A stretch of 30,093 bases of DNA from a virus (taxonomy: Duplodnaviria > Caudoviricetes): the IMG/VR virus record IMGVR_UViG_3300025141_000506, positions 1 through 30,093 of that record; one strand, 5' to 3'. Both the position numbers and the translations under genes were made by a program. Position 1 is the stretch's first letter. Every line of letters begins with the position of its first letter. Shown here piece by piece: positions 1 to 8,884 of the stretch. Under the pieces are notes generated by a model, which was not told the DNA's origin, made no database searches, and saw only the letters and a list, made by a program, of their open reading frames with translations.

Positions 1-149
1 AACCAACTTGTTGCTTCTGACTGCTCTGAAGCCTCTAACACAGTGCTATTTTTTAATGATCTTAACTGCAATTCAATGGTTGTAATCAATCGACTTGCCC
101 AAACAAATGAATATTGAGACAAAGGAGTTGGCAATTTAAAATTAATCAT
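1..149 (-). CDS. Partial small phage protein (runs off window edge), MINFKLPTPLSQYSFVWASRLITTIELQLRSL...
   Basis: Translated by hand. ATG at 149-147 overlaps the TGA of the 627-aa ORF (ATGA coupling) and the frame is open to position 1. Confidence 0.6.
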   Translation of the reverse strand, partial: MINFKLPTPLSQYSFVWASRLITTIELQLRSLKNSTVLEASEQSEATSW

Positions 150-2029
150 CGCATTCCATCCTCTCTAGTGTTAATTCGCAAATCACCCAACAACCAACTA
201 TCACCAACTGCCGAGCTTTCTAATTTAAATGCCATCTGACGACCTTTTGCTCGTAAACTAACTTTTGTGCTACTAGAATTTATTGCAAATGGACCTTTAG
301 TAATATCGCTACTATTTGGATATTTACGAGTTTTTATTGTCAAATTTAGATCCCCTGATACTGTCAGATCAGGAATTACTTTATCAACCATAAACAGCTT
401 CTCACCAGAACTGCTAATTTCCAGTGGAGCACTTTCAATATAAGCAGTCATTGCAGAGCCATCATCATCATTTCCAGTTTCATGATCGTACAAATTCCCA
501 GACTTATCAAAAGCAAATGGTACTGTTCTAAACCCGAATGCATCATGCCAGCAAGTACGAGCCAATGTGCCTGTTGTCCAAGCCTGATCCGCATAATTAT
601 AACAAACGTAACTATCTGGCTCTGGACTTTCGTCTGAATTGTCAGTGCTGACATAAAACCAGCAGATTTCATTAAATTGAGCATTGTGAGCGACAAAAAA
701 TTTATCCACCTGATTTCTTCTGATTCGGTCAAAAACATAATGTTTTACAGGACAGGGCATTTCAGAAATATTCCCATTATAGAAATAAAAATCATTTTTA
801 CCCATCCAGTACAAATTAGACTCAACATTTGCCATTGTGTTATAGCCAATCGCACCACAATTCGTTCCTATCAAACGAAATGAGAATGTAAATGGCGGTC
901 CAATAAATTGCATTCCATACACAGCTTCATCTGTAGAAATAAATGTTTCCTCACGAGTTGATGCTACTGTCACAATTTTAGTTCCAATTTGTAATCTTTG
1001 ACCACCAGCCGTATTGGTGGCTGTAGGAGTCCACATGTCGTAGTCTTCTTGAGTTGACCATCGCACCTGCATCGGGTCTATAGCCGATCCACCATAAGGC
1101 ACACAGCCAGCACTAATTAAATGCCGATCTGGGAAGCTAATAATCGTCATGCGGTTTTTAGTCGGGACATCACCTGCCCCACCAATTCCTGACACTAATG
1201 CAGCTCTTGTTGATAGCCCTACTGATAAATCCCAGAAATAAATATCTTCATTTCTGACCGTTGCAATAAGATCTTCACCCCATAGGCTCAATGACCATTG
1301 TGAAAGCTCAACATCCACCGCAACAGCTCTGGCAGTGCCAAATGTTGATAATCCCCAAGTTCCAGCTCCCCAACCTGTTGCCCCTGCTCCACTTGAAGTG
1401 CCTAATCCTTCTGAAACCAGATAAGTGACATCTAATGTTGTTCCCCCACCACCAGAAACAGACGATGTGGCTGCTGAAGGCACTTCAATTTTAAAATTGT
1501 TTGCATCCACAACTGTAGTTATCTGAAATCCCGAATACCGATTCAATGTGTCTGCTGCAATTCCACCTGTGGTTGCTGCATCAGTAATCACAACCCAATC
1601 GCCAACGGACGCTCCATGAGAGCTGTCTGCGACTGTTACGGTGGTTGATCCATCTGTTACCGTCAGAGGGTTCGATAGATTGCTAGAAGTTGCTCTAACA
1701 GGGGTAATGTCATACACCACATCATCAAGAATGATGTACAAGTGAGAAGATGTTCCAAGGGCAATGTAATCTTGATTATTGGTCACAGAACGCCAATATT
1801 TGACATTTCTTGGTGTTCCATTGATGACACCTTCTGAGGATCGGTCAACATCTCCACTTGCATCAAGCCCATTCAAAGTTTCTTTTTCCCAGCCACCAAT
1901 CTTTGTAGGAAATCCATTTCTAAATCTGACTTTATCAGAATCAGTCCAAAATGGACCCAACTTCCCAGTAGCATAATTGGTTAAATCTTTTACCACTCCA
2001 GGCTTAATTTTTAATTGAGTTAGTGGCAT
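146..2029 (-). CDS. Tail hub/nozzle (packaged-DNA stabilisation, P22 gp10-like) virion protein
   Basis: 627 aa, beta-rich with W/G/D-rich repeats. N-terminal MPL..LK.KPG and VRFRNG.P.KIGGW motifs and C-terminal R.RGRQ..F....W.LG..R.....DG.R are typical of podovirus tail proteins. Lies in the tail module. Confidence 0.6.
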   Translation of the reverse strand: MPLTQLKIKPGVVKDLTNYATGKLGPFWTDSDKVRFRNGFPTKIGGWEKETLNGLDASGDVDRSSEGVINGTPRNVKYWRSVTNNQDYIALGTSSHLYIILDDVVYDITPVRATSSNLSNPLTVTDGSTTVTVADSSHGASVGDWVVITDAATTGGIAADTLNRYSGFQITTVVDANNFKIEVPSAATSSVSGGGGTTLDVTYLVSEGLGTSSGAGATGWGAGTWGLSTFGTARAVAVDVELSQWSLSLWGEDLIATVRNEDIYFWDLSVGLSTRAALVSGIGGAGDVPTKNRMTIISFPDRHLISAGCVPYGGSAIDPMQVRWSTQEDYDMWTPTATNTAGGQRLQIGTKIVTVASTREETFISTDEAVYGMQFIGPPFTFSFRLIGTNCGAIGYNTMANVESNLYWMGKNDFYFYNGNISEMPCPVKHYVFDRIRRNQVDKFFVAHNAQFNEICWFYVSTDNSDESPEPDSYVCYNYADQAWTTGTLARTCWHDAFGFRTVPFAFDKSGNLYDHETGNDDDGSAMTAYIESAPLEISSSGEKLFMVDKVIPDLTVSGDLNLTIKTRKYPNSSDITKGPFAINSSSTKVSLRAKGRQMAFKLESSAVGDSWLLGDLRINTREDGMR

Positions 2030-2503
2030 CTATTCTCCTAGCTCGAAATGTGGGCCATCCAAGAACGGTCTTTTACCTGATATGCGTTTGAAATCGATAT
2101 ACGCATTCATGGCTTGCTCCATTGTGCCATCCCAATCACAAATATTTCTTATGTGCCATGCACAACCCCACCGAATGCTAACGTCTGCATCTTGTGCAGC
2201 TTCTTTCATGGCATCCGCTATGTCGTCATACACAGTTAGCTCCCAACAGCCCCGACCCTTAACATACGCCATTAGATCTACGGCACTACCATAACCATCT
2301 TCATCGGCAAGGTGCTTGCTTTTCATGGTTTGACTGGCTTTGCTATCGAACAATTCTTGCTGACGCTCAAGAGTACGCACCCCCTCAATTACTCCAAAAT
2401 CGACTTTGGTCAGAGTTATTGCTCTCCGCACCACAGCTTGTAATTTGGGATTCACCCCACGCAGACGGTCTAAACTTCTCGCACTAAGACTAAATTCTGC
2501 CAT
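2030..2503 (-). CDS. Endolysin, L-alanyl-D-glutamate peptidase (peptidase M15 family)
   Basis: Motifs EGVRT.ERQ..L, SKH...G.AVD, IRWG..W and DGPHFEL match Zn-dependent M15 endolysins. Adjacent to the holin. Confidence 0.9.
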   Translation of the reverse strand: MAEFSLSARSLDRLRGVNPKLQAVVRRAITLTKVDFGVIEGVRTLERQQELFDSKASQTMKSKHLADEDGYGSAVDLMAYVKGRGCWELTVYDDIADAMKEAAQDADVSIRWGCAWHIRNICDWDGTMEQAMNAYIDFKRISGKRPFLDGPHFELGE

Positions 2504-2910
2504 TATTTTAAACTCTCTCTAGCAACACCCTTTGACTTTTCAAATGACCTCATTCCACCAAGACCAAGCAGGGACAGGGTTAGTGTCATAAGCTGTTCGG
2601 TATTCAATTCAGGAAGAGCAACATCTGGTGCCCAGATTGCGGTTGCCCACTCTGCAATCGGCATAACAAAAAATTGTGTTAGCAGTCCCAAACAGCACAC
2701 CCACATAATAGCTGGTCTTGCTCCTGCCACAAAAACGCTAGAACTTTTGGCTTGCTCAATGTTGGCTTGTAATTGACCCTTAGCAAGTTCTTGAGCATGG
2801 CGATCAGCCATTGTTGCCAATTCATGAGCTAACTGGTTTTTTTGATCTTTGTCTTCAATAAACTTATCAAGTAACTTTGTTGCTGGACCCAAGAGTGCTG
2901 TTAATGCCAT
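2503..2910 (-). CDS. Holin (GTA-type 3TM holin family)
   Basis: N..EA...S.FVAG.RPAIMW and LLGLGGMRSFEK.KG signature, hydrophobic segments, basic C-terminus, directly upstream of the endolysin. Confidence 0.85.
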   Translation of the reverse strand: MALTALLGPATKLLDKFIEDKDQKNQLAHELATMADRHAQELAKGQLQANIEQAKSSSVFVAGARPAIMWVCCLGLLTQFFVMPIAEWATAIWAPDVALPELNTEQLMTLTLSLLGLGGMRSFEKSKGVARESLK

Positions 2911-3061
2911 TGCGTTTCTCCTTTGCTATCCAATCTTCCGCATCTTCTTCTGATTGAAAACTATTACGAGTTCTTGTGTTGTTCGGAATTATCCACGAAT
3001 TATTTGTAGCTCTCCATATCCCAAATTCATCCATATATGCGTACCATTTTTTATTTTCCAT
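2867..3061 (-). CDS. Small hypothetical protein
   Basis: 64 aa, overlaps both neighbours in the same operon, GGGGAG RBS-like sequence upstream. Confidence 0.5.
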   Translation of the reverse strand: MENKKWYAYMDEFGIWRATNNSWIIPNNTRTRNSFQSEEDAEDWIAKEKRNGINSTLGSSNKVT

Positions 3062-3401
3062 TTCGTCTCCCCCACGCAGTTGTCACCATAAACGAAGCCA
3101 CTATGCCGAGATTCGCCACCACATACGTTGAAAGGAGTGCCGTCACCATTTCAACTCGCTGCAACGGAATTATTGGAGTTAGTAATACCAGAAGCAAACC
3201 AATAGAAGATATAGAGGAGACCCAGCATAAATAACGCTGCTGATCCAGCATTTTCTCAGCGTGTTCAATTTGTAATTCTTCACGCTTTGCTTGCATAATC
3301 TTATGATGAGTTTCTAATTCCTTGTCGCTGATTTCATTGTCACCGTCATAATCTAAATAATTATATTCTGATTTATCCTGTAATGTTTTTTTACCAGTCA
3401 A
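3051..3401 (-). CDS. Membrane protein with EF-hand-like loop and two C-terminal TM segments
   Basis: DYDGDNEISDKE loop and two hydrophobic stretches. Start placed at TTG 3401 (AGGAG 8 nt upstream) rather than 3437. Confidence 0.65.
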   Translation of the reverse strand: MTGKKTLQDKSEYNYLDYDGDNEISDKELETHHKIMQAKREELQIEHAEKMLDQQRYLCWVSSISSIGLLLVLLTPIIPLQRVEMVTALLSTYVVANLGIVASFMVTTAWGRRNGK

Positions 3402-3430
3402 CTCTTCCACTCCTATTAAAAAAATACTCA

Positions 3431-3934
3431 TTACCACTTTCCTGCTCTTTGACCCATGCTAATCAAAGCATCAATTACATACCAAATCATAAAGCCACCA
3501 AAACCTAAAATTGCAATAACGCTTCCGTAATAAATAACATTGTCAATTCTTTGTTTTCTTCTTGCCCTTTGCCTTTCTGCTTCAAGTTTCTGCTCTCGCA
3601 TCATTTTTTGGCGAGTAGACATAAATTTTTTAAATATTTCTGCACCGTTTGGGTATGGTCCCCAATACAACTTTTGCTTTATGTTTTCAATTTGTTTTTT
3701 TGCATTCTCCTCAGCTATTACTATGTCCATTGCACTTTGTGACAACGACTTGCTCTTTTCCCCCTTGCCTACTTCTTGTTTTGCTTTGCTAAGAGTTTCT
3801 GTGTGGTCAAAAAGCCGACCTAAATCCTTAGTTACTTCGTTAACGTCTCGTGCAGCATCGATACCTTTCTTTACCAATTCGGCAGTAGCTTTTACCCCTG
3901 CAATTGCTAGACCTATGCTGGCTGGATCGATCAA
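3431..3934 (-). CDS. Coiled-coil membrane protein (MIDP-type phage protein), lysis-region hypothetical
   Basis: 167 aa, amphipathic N-terminus, coiled coil, C-terminal TM helix. TTG start with GAGGA 7 nt upstream. Confidence 0.65.
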   Translation of the reverse strand: MIDPASIGLAIAGVKATAELVKKGIDAARDVNEVTKDLGRLFDHTETLSKAKQEVGKGEKSKSLSQSAMDIVIAEENAKKQIENIKQKLYWGPYPNGAEIFKKFMSTRQKMMREQKLEAERQRARRKQRIDNVIYYGSVIAILGFGGFMIWYVIDALISMGQRAGKW

Positions 3935-3944
3935 TCATAAATCC

Positions 3945-4106
3945 TCAATTAACTACCATAGTTAATAATAAAAAAATTGTAGCTCCTGCACTGGAAAGTA
4001 AAATCATTTCCAAGCGTTTTATCCTACTCAACATTTCTAGCCAGCGTTCTTGGCAAACTGCCTCGTGTTGTCTAAATTCTGCTTCTAATTTTCTTAGTTC
4101 TTCCAT
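3945..4106 (-). CDS. 53-aa coiled-coil plus TM protein (XhlA/haemolysin-like small phage protein), not in ORF track
   Basis: Hand translation MEELRKLEAEFRQHEAVCQERWLEMLSRIKRLEMILLSSAGATIFLLLTMVVN. The HE..C.ER....RIKRLE pattern followed by a TM helix is common next to phage lysis genes. Confidence 0.7.
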   Translation of the reverse strand: MEELRKLEAEFRQHEAVCQERWLEMLSRIKRLEMILLSSAGATIFLLLTMVVN

Positions 4107-4213
4107 AATTCATACCACGCATAGCCAAGAATGCCTACTAAAGACGCTACACAAACGAGCATCATCACTGAAATAAAAATTTCCCAAGTTACTGTCCAAG
4201 CAGAACATGCCAA
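4094..4213 (-). CDS. 39-aa single-TM peptide, not in ORF track
   Basis: TTG start 1 nt after the tail fibre stop, GGAGG upstream. Reads MACSAWTVTWEIFISVMMLVCVASLVGILGYAWYELWKN and fills the gap exactly. Confidence 0.45.
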   Translation of the reverse strand: MACSAWTVTWEIFISVMMLVCVASLVGILGYAWYELWKN

Positions 4214-4214
4214 C

Positions 4215-6092
4215 TTAACCCTCCAATGTGGTTACTCTTGCTTCTAATGCAGTCACTTTCGCACTTAATTCCTGCAAGGCTTTTGTTAGAATCGGAATCA
4301 AAGCAGTCGTTTTAACGCCTTTTTTCATGTTCGGGGTGCCATCTTTCCCTTGCGGATTGATGTCATGTGATTGAACTAATCCGGGAAAAACAGTTTCCAT
4401 TTCTTGAGCTATAAAGCCAATTAATTTTTTATCTGCCACAGATGGATGATGGCTCTCTTTCCAGTTGAAATTTCTAACTTTTAATTTTTCAATATCAGCC
4501 AATTTTGATGATGCGTCTGTGATGTTTTCTTTTAAATTTTCGTCAGAATCTACCCAACCGCCGTCTGCGCTCCAGTAATCACCGCTGGAGATTATAATAA
4601 ATCTACCAGCAGTAGCGTCCGACGCAAAGAAAAAGTCGTTAGTGCTATTGTTGTCGGGCGTGGCATTAGGATAGTTAACCCACAGTCCATACGGCCCTGT
4701 GGCGTCCGTGTTTGTGCTTGTGCCCACCAATTTCATTGTCCACTTGCCATCGTCATAACCGGTTGGGGTTCGCAGTTCATGCACAATTGAGGATGCTCCA
4801 GCTGCTGTCGTGTTCGCTAAAAGGTTTCCGTTGCTCGTTATTCTTATTTTTTCTGTGGCAGCTTCGGAACTGCCTGTTTTAAATGACAACGAGGTTGCAT
4901 TGCTACTACTGGAAAAATCCCCTTCAGAAATTGCAGCCACTTCTGCAGCAACTAGGACAGCATCTGTACCTGTACCCTCGTCAGGAGCTTGAAACTGTAT
5001 TTTGCCCAGTACGTCATCTGCAGCAATGTCTGTCTCGCCAGTCTGCAAAAGCAATGTCATCGGGGTGTCATCACCTGTTGCTGTCTGTTTCATGGTGACA
5101 TTACCCACACTGCTAATAGCCATTTTTTCAGCTGCTGCTTCCGAACTAGCTGTCTTGAAACTTAACTTGGTGGCATTACTGCTACTACTAAAATCACCTT
5201 CACTAACAGCTTCTATTCCGGCAGCAACCAATATCGCATCAGTGCCTGTACCCTCGTCAGGAGCTTGAAAATTTATAACACCAAGTTTGTCGGCAGCAGC
5301 AATGTCTGTTTCTCCAGTTTGGAGAAGCAGAGTCATAGGAGTGTCGTCGCCTGTAGCGGTTTGCTTCATAGTGACGTTTCCAACACTACTAATAGACATT
5401 TTCTCGGCAGCTGCTTCACTTGCCCCTGTCTTAAAACTTAACTTGGTGGCATTATTACTGCTAGAGAAATCCCCTTCTGAAATGGCTTCAATTCCTGCAG
5501 CCACCAAAATAGCATCTGTTCCTGCTCCTTCATCTGGAGCCTGGAAATTTATTACTCCCAATTTATCATCAACCGCAATGTCCGTATCGCCAGTCTGTAA
5601 CAATAATGTTGCCGGAGTGTCATCGCTTGTAGATGGGTTTTTAATCGTTAGCTTGGTGGCAACATTCAAGTCAACCATAAGGTCATAAACCGCACCACCA
5701 GCTCCGGCACCATCTGTGGCAACCATTTTCACATCCCCATTAGGAATATCAATCGTTGCACCTGTGCCTTGCTTAATGGTGATGGCTTTGCCACCTGTGG
5801 TAGCGTTTTCAACAATCCATACTTTTGATAATGTGTTTGGAGCAAGGGTCACTTCTCTATCTGCACTAAGTGAAGTGGAAGTCACTTTCAGATATAGAGA
5901 GCGTGCCTCGTCTGAAGATCCGTCAGCCACAGTTATGGTAGTGTTTGCGTCACTGCCCATATTTTCTGTGCCATAACTAAATGCTTCAGCAATCAGCTCT
6001 AAATTGGTGTTGGTGACAGTTCCCCATGTGCCAGAGGCATCACCTGTCGCCATCTCATTGAGTCGTAAATCATTTACATAGGTACTTGCCAT
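4215..6092 (-). CDS. Tail fibre/spike with C-terminal intramolecular chaperone (peptidase S74) domain
   Basis: N-terminal MASTY...L.L....GTWG..TN.NL virion-anchor motif, three internal 92-aa repeats, and C-terminal SDENLKENI...F.WK...IGFIAQE...P.LV...L.KALQEL coiled coil. Confidence 0.85.
   Translation of the reverse strand: MASTYVNDLRLNEMATGDASGTWGTVTNTNLELIAEAFSYGTENMGSDANTTITVADGSSDEARSLYLKVTSTSLSADREVTLAPNTLSKVWIVENATTGGKAITIKQGTGATIDIPNGDVKMVATDGAGAGGAVYDLMVDLNVATKLTIKNPSTSDDTPATLLLQTGDTDIAVDDKLGVINFQAPDEGAGTDAILVAAGIEAISEGDFSSSNNATKLSFKTGASEAAAEKMSISSVGNVTMKQTATGDDTPMTLLLQTGETDIAAADKLGVINFQAPDEGTGTDAILVAAGIEAVSEGDFSSSSNATKLSFKTASSEAAAEKMAISSVGNVTMKQTATGDDTPMTLLLQTGETDIAADDVLGKIQFQAPDEGTGTDAVLVAAEVAAISEGDFSSSSNATSLSFKTGSSEAATEKIRITSNGNLLANTTAAGASSIVHELRTPTGYDDGKWTMKLVGTSTNTDATGPYGLWVNYPNATPDNNSTNDFFFASDATAGRFIIISSGDYWSADGGWVDSDENLKENITDASSKLADIEKLKVRNFNWKESHHPSVADKKLIGFIAQEMETVFPGLVQSHDINPQGKDGTPNMKKGVKTTALIPILTKALQELSAKVTALEARVTTLEG
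4821..5648 (-). repeat. Three tandem 276-bp (92-aa) repeats within the tail fibre
   Basis: Units 5648-5373, 5372-5097 and 5096-4821. For example ccctcgtcaggagcttgaaa occurs at 4975 and 5251, 276 bp apart. Confidence 0.95.
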
Positions 6093-6101
6093 AATTTTTC
6101 C

Positions 6102-6518
6102 TTAATCTATTCTAATAATTGCAGCAGTTCCTGCTGCTGGGAGAACAATCTTAAATGTTCCACCTGCAACAGTGAAATCACCACCAAAATCCAATACCGC
6201 AATTGCTTTATCTGAATTTGTGTCGTTATAGATTAATGCACCTCTGGCAGTAAATGATGCTGAAGTCCAAGACGGATCATCTGCATCGAAATATGCCACC
6301 GTTCCAGTGGTTGCAACTGTGGTGCTAGTCAAAGTTACACCTCCTGCGGTATAACCTGTCCCACTCACCTCATTGCTAGTTGAATATGCTGTGGTGCTTG
6401 CACCAAGACTAGCACTGCTTGTGAAAAGTGCAACTTTGATTGTATCAGTGTCCATCTGATGACCTTCTTGCAGGATCTCAGACTTAAAACTTGTGCACAT
6501 TGCTTGTGTAATTGCCAT
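6102..6518 (-). CDS. Conserved virion structural protein
   Basis: 138 aa, Thr/Ala/Gly-rich beta protein (MAITQA.CTSFK..., GY.AGG..L, ARGALIYN, LDFG.D), in the tail module. Confidence 0.65.
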   Translation of the reverse strand: MAITQAMCTSFKSEILQEGHQMDTDTIKVALFTSSASLGASTTAYSTSNEVSGTGYTAGGVTLTSTTVATTGTVAYFDADDPSWTSASFTARGALIYNDTNSDKAIAVLDFGGDFTVAGGTFKIVLPAAGTAAIIRID

Positions 6519-7145
6519 CTAAATACCTCCACTATATTCTGCTGAATAATCTCGAATCATCTCTTGTTGAAAAAGTTTTAATGCTTCATCAAATTGTGCT
6601 TTGTACAAGGATAGCGTTTCTGCTGCTTTAAGAAAAGCTGAAGTTTCATACAAACAAGCAGCTAATAATATATTTTCTGCATTGTCTCCAACCCAGCTAT
6701 TAGCATTTGATGATGATAAACCTGTTTCTGGTGCAATGTAATCCACTTGATAAGCCAAAGTTGCACTAGGTGTGGGTGCAAGTGTGACAATTGTTCCAGA
6801 AGTTGTTGCATTTTTGGTGCTATACATTATTGGTGTGCTTGTTGTAGCTGAATTTTTCCAATAATCTTTTAAATAAGAATCAACCCTGTGATCCAAATAA
6901 TTTACATTGCTACTTGAATCAGTGACTGAAACTTGACGGATCATTCGAGCGTCAGCCACAGTGTAATCAGCAGTGCCAACAACCAATGTTCCAGTAGTTA
7001 CATTCCGAAAGCAAGGCAGATTTGGCAATGATTGAAAAACCATTGACTCTGCCTGAGTAATGATTGTTGGAATTGAATTAGACAATTCCGTGGAATCATC
7101 CTCCACAAAATTTTGTATTGTACTAACTAATGTCGTGTAATTCAT
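6519..7145 (-). CDS. Head-tail adaptor / tail tubular protein
   Basis: 208 aa, MNY..L...I..F.E N-terminus, APTP...Y, W.....N.LL...L.E...FLK pattern typical of podovirus adaptors. Position fits. Confidence 0.6.
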   Translation of the reverse strand: MNYTTLVSTIQNFVEDDSTELSNSIPTIITQAESMVFQSLPNLPCFRNVTTGTLVVGTADYTVADARMIRQVSVTDSSSNVNYLDHRVDSYLKDYWKNSATTSTPIMYSTKNATTSGTIVTLAPTPSATLAYQVDYIAPETGLSSSNANSWVGDNAENILLAACLYETSAFLKAAETLSLYKAQFDEALKLFQQEMIRDYSAEYSGGI

Positions 7146-7775
7146 CTATCCATCACCCCATGTATTGTCGCCCCAAGCCTCATTACCCCAACCACCAATG
7201 TTAAGGCTTTCAGAACCAACTGCTCCTGTACCAGCCACGCCAGCCTCAGTAATTGAAGCCTCAAGTGTTTCTGTCCCTACAGCTCCTGTACCAGCTACGC
7301 CAACTTCAGTAATTGAAGCCTCAAGCGTTTCTGTCCCTACAGCTCCTGTACCAGCTACGCCTGTAAGTGCTGCTATATCATTCGTAATTGACTCTGTGCC
7401 AACTGCACCTGTACCAGCTAATCCTGTTTCAACCACAAACACCTGAAGATCGCTAGTTGCCTGGCTAAATCCTACTGCACCTGTGCCTGATATTCCAATA
7501 GATGGTCGGCTTTGAGCATCGGCTGTAATATCACCATAATTATATCCGACAAAAAATTCTATAGGGTCAGGATCATTATCTGCCCTTGGATTAAATAATG
7601 CTGTAGCATCAATAACATTTTTTGCAGGGGTAAGCTGGGGATGCTTAGGCTCCCACTCTTCAGGTTCCACTCGCAAACCATCCCAAGTCGTTTTTAACGA
7701 TTTATAGGGGACTTTAAAACCACTACGATCACTAATGGCTACTGATTTTTTACCTTTAGCTCTTCTAGCATACAT
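7146..7775 (-). CDS. Virion-associated protein with conserved N-terminal domain and 20-aa Gly/Thr repeats
   Basis: N-terminal SDRSGF..PY..L...W.GL.V...E.EPKHPQL, then repeats of VAGTGAVGTETLEASITE and a WG-rich tail. Confidence 0.65.
   Translation of the reverse strand: MYARRAKGKKSVAISDRSGFKVPYKSLKTTWDGLRVEPEEWEPKHPQLTPAKNVIDATALFNPRADNDPDPIEFFVGYNYGDITADAQSRPSIGISGTGAVGFSQATSDLQVFVVETGLAGTGAVGTESITNDIAALTGVAGTGAVGTETLEASITEVGVAGTGAVGTETLEASITEAGVAGTGAVGSESLNIGGWGNEAWGDNTWGDG
7221..7420 (-). repeat. ~60-bp tandem repeats (20-aa unit GVAGTGAVGTETLEASITE)
   Basis: gctcctgtaccagc recurs at 7222, 7282 and 7342, with a degenerate copy near 7405. Confidence 0.9.
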
Positions 7776-7776
7776 A

Positions 7777-8457
7777 TCAAGATAAATTTAATCCAGTTGG
7801 TCGTACTCTCATAGAAACCCCATCATTATCTGTTGACGCTGCAAATTCAAATGCCCTTTCGTAAACCTGATTTAACATATCAAATTTTTCTGGCTGATAT
7901 TTCATTGCCAACTTGCTAGATAACCCTGCACAAATGCAATCTGACCAACGATACGGAATATCTGCATCTTGATTAGATTCTGTAACATCTTCTAATTGAT
8001 TTATTGACCAATAAAGCAAAGAATAAGATGTGTCTTCAGGAACTTGCCACACATAAATATTTGGCGTGTATTGTTTGTCAATCATGTACTGACTTGGCTT
8101 ACCAGAAGAGCTTTTGTTAGGAATTTGATTATAACTAGCAATGCTAACCCGGTTTATAACCGTATCTGTCGTTGTGCTGCCAGAAGTCTCCCTAACTACA
8201 ACATCAATTAAATCTATTGTCCCTGCTGGCAACGCATAAACAATCGTGTCAGCAGCCAAACTCAATGTATTATTTTGAACCGCCCAATAGTTAATACCTC
8301 GGTTAGCCCACTCCGAAAAAAGCATATTTAAACTGCGTCTAGCCGACTCAGCATGATAGCCTGTGCGAGTTTGAGCATCAATACCACAACGTTCATATGC
8401 TTCGGAAATTATTTCCTCTACATTAGGTCTAAATGCGACTGTGCCTGAAGTTGCCAT
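7777..8457 (-). CDS. Head-tail connector / tail tubular protein A-like
   Basis: 226 aa, EEII.EA.ER.G...ARRSLN..FSEWANRG.N.W, Y..IPNK...G.PSQY, and P.R...C...GL...LA.K pattern. Confidence 0.65.
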   Translation of the reverse strand: MATSGTVAFRPNVEEIISEAYERCGIDAQTRTGYHAESARRSLNMLFSEWANRGINYWAVQNNTLSLAADTIVYALPAGTIDLIDVVVRETSGSTTTDTVINRVSIASYNQIPNKSSSGKPSQYMIDKQYTPNIYVWQVPEDTSYSLLYWSINQLEDVTESNQDADIPYRWSDCICAGLSSKLAMKYQPEKFDMLNQVYERAFEFAASTDNDGVSMRVRPTGLNLS

Positions 8458-8870
8458 TAGTATTGTTTTATTGCTCGGATAACAACTTGGTAAGCATCAC
8501 CTGCTGCACCTGCACCAGTAGTGGTAAATTTTATATCACCTGTACCATTAGCTCCATAACCAGAGCTTGTAGGCAATCCTCCTACTGTAGAAAAGTCTTG
8601 GTAACCACTTTGCCCTTCTGTCAAATGCAACATAATAACGTCTGTATCTGCATCAGCCAGCACCTCTACAGTCATTGCGGATATAACCCACCATATTTCT
8701 GCTATCCGGACTCCTGTACAAGCACTACCATCTGCACTATTACTCAAACCAGATACATCTATTTTGAGCACAGCACTTTCATTACCTGTATCAACATATT
8801 GATACTGAAAAGCATAAACAACCTCACGAGTGCTTTCTGATATTTTAGTTGATGTTGTAATGTCTGCCAT
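8457..8870 (-). CDS. Hypothetical virion protein
   Basis: 137 aa, coupled to the next gene, GGGAGG RBS, in the structural operon. Confidence 0.6.
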   Translation of the reverse strand: MADITTSTKISESTREVVYAFQYQYVDTGNESAVLKIDVSGLSNSADGSACTGVRIAEIWWVISAMTVEVLADADTDVIMLHLTEGQSGYQDFSTVGGLPTSSGYGANGTGDIKFTTTGAGAAGDAYQVVIRAIKQY

Positions 8871-8884
8871 AATTTACCTCCCTT

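Noticed and set aside
3925-3940. Apparent GATC duplication frameshifting an ATG start (ATGATTGATCGATCCA)
   Set aside because: An in-frame TTG with better RBS spacing explains the gene without a frameshift.
7221-7420. 60-bp periodic repeats as a CRISPR array
   Set aside because: The whole unit is repeated with no unique spacers, it is in-frame coding sequence, and there are no cas genes.
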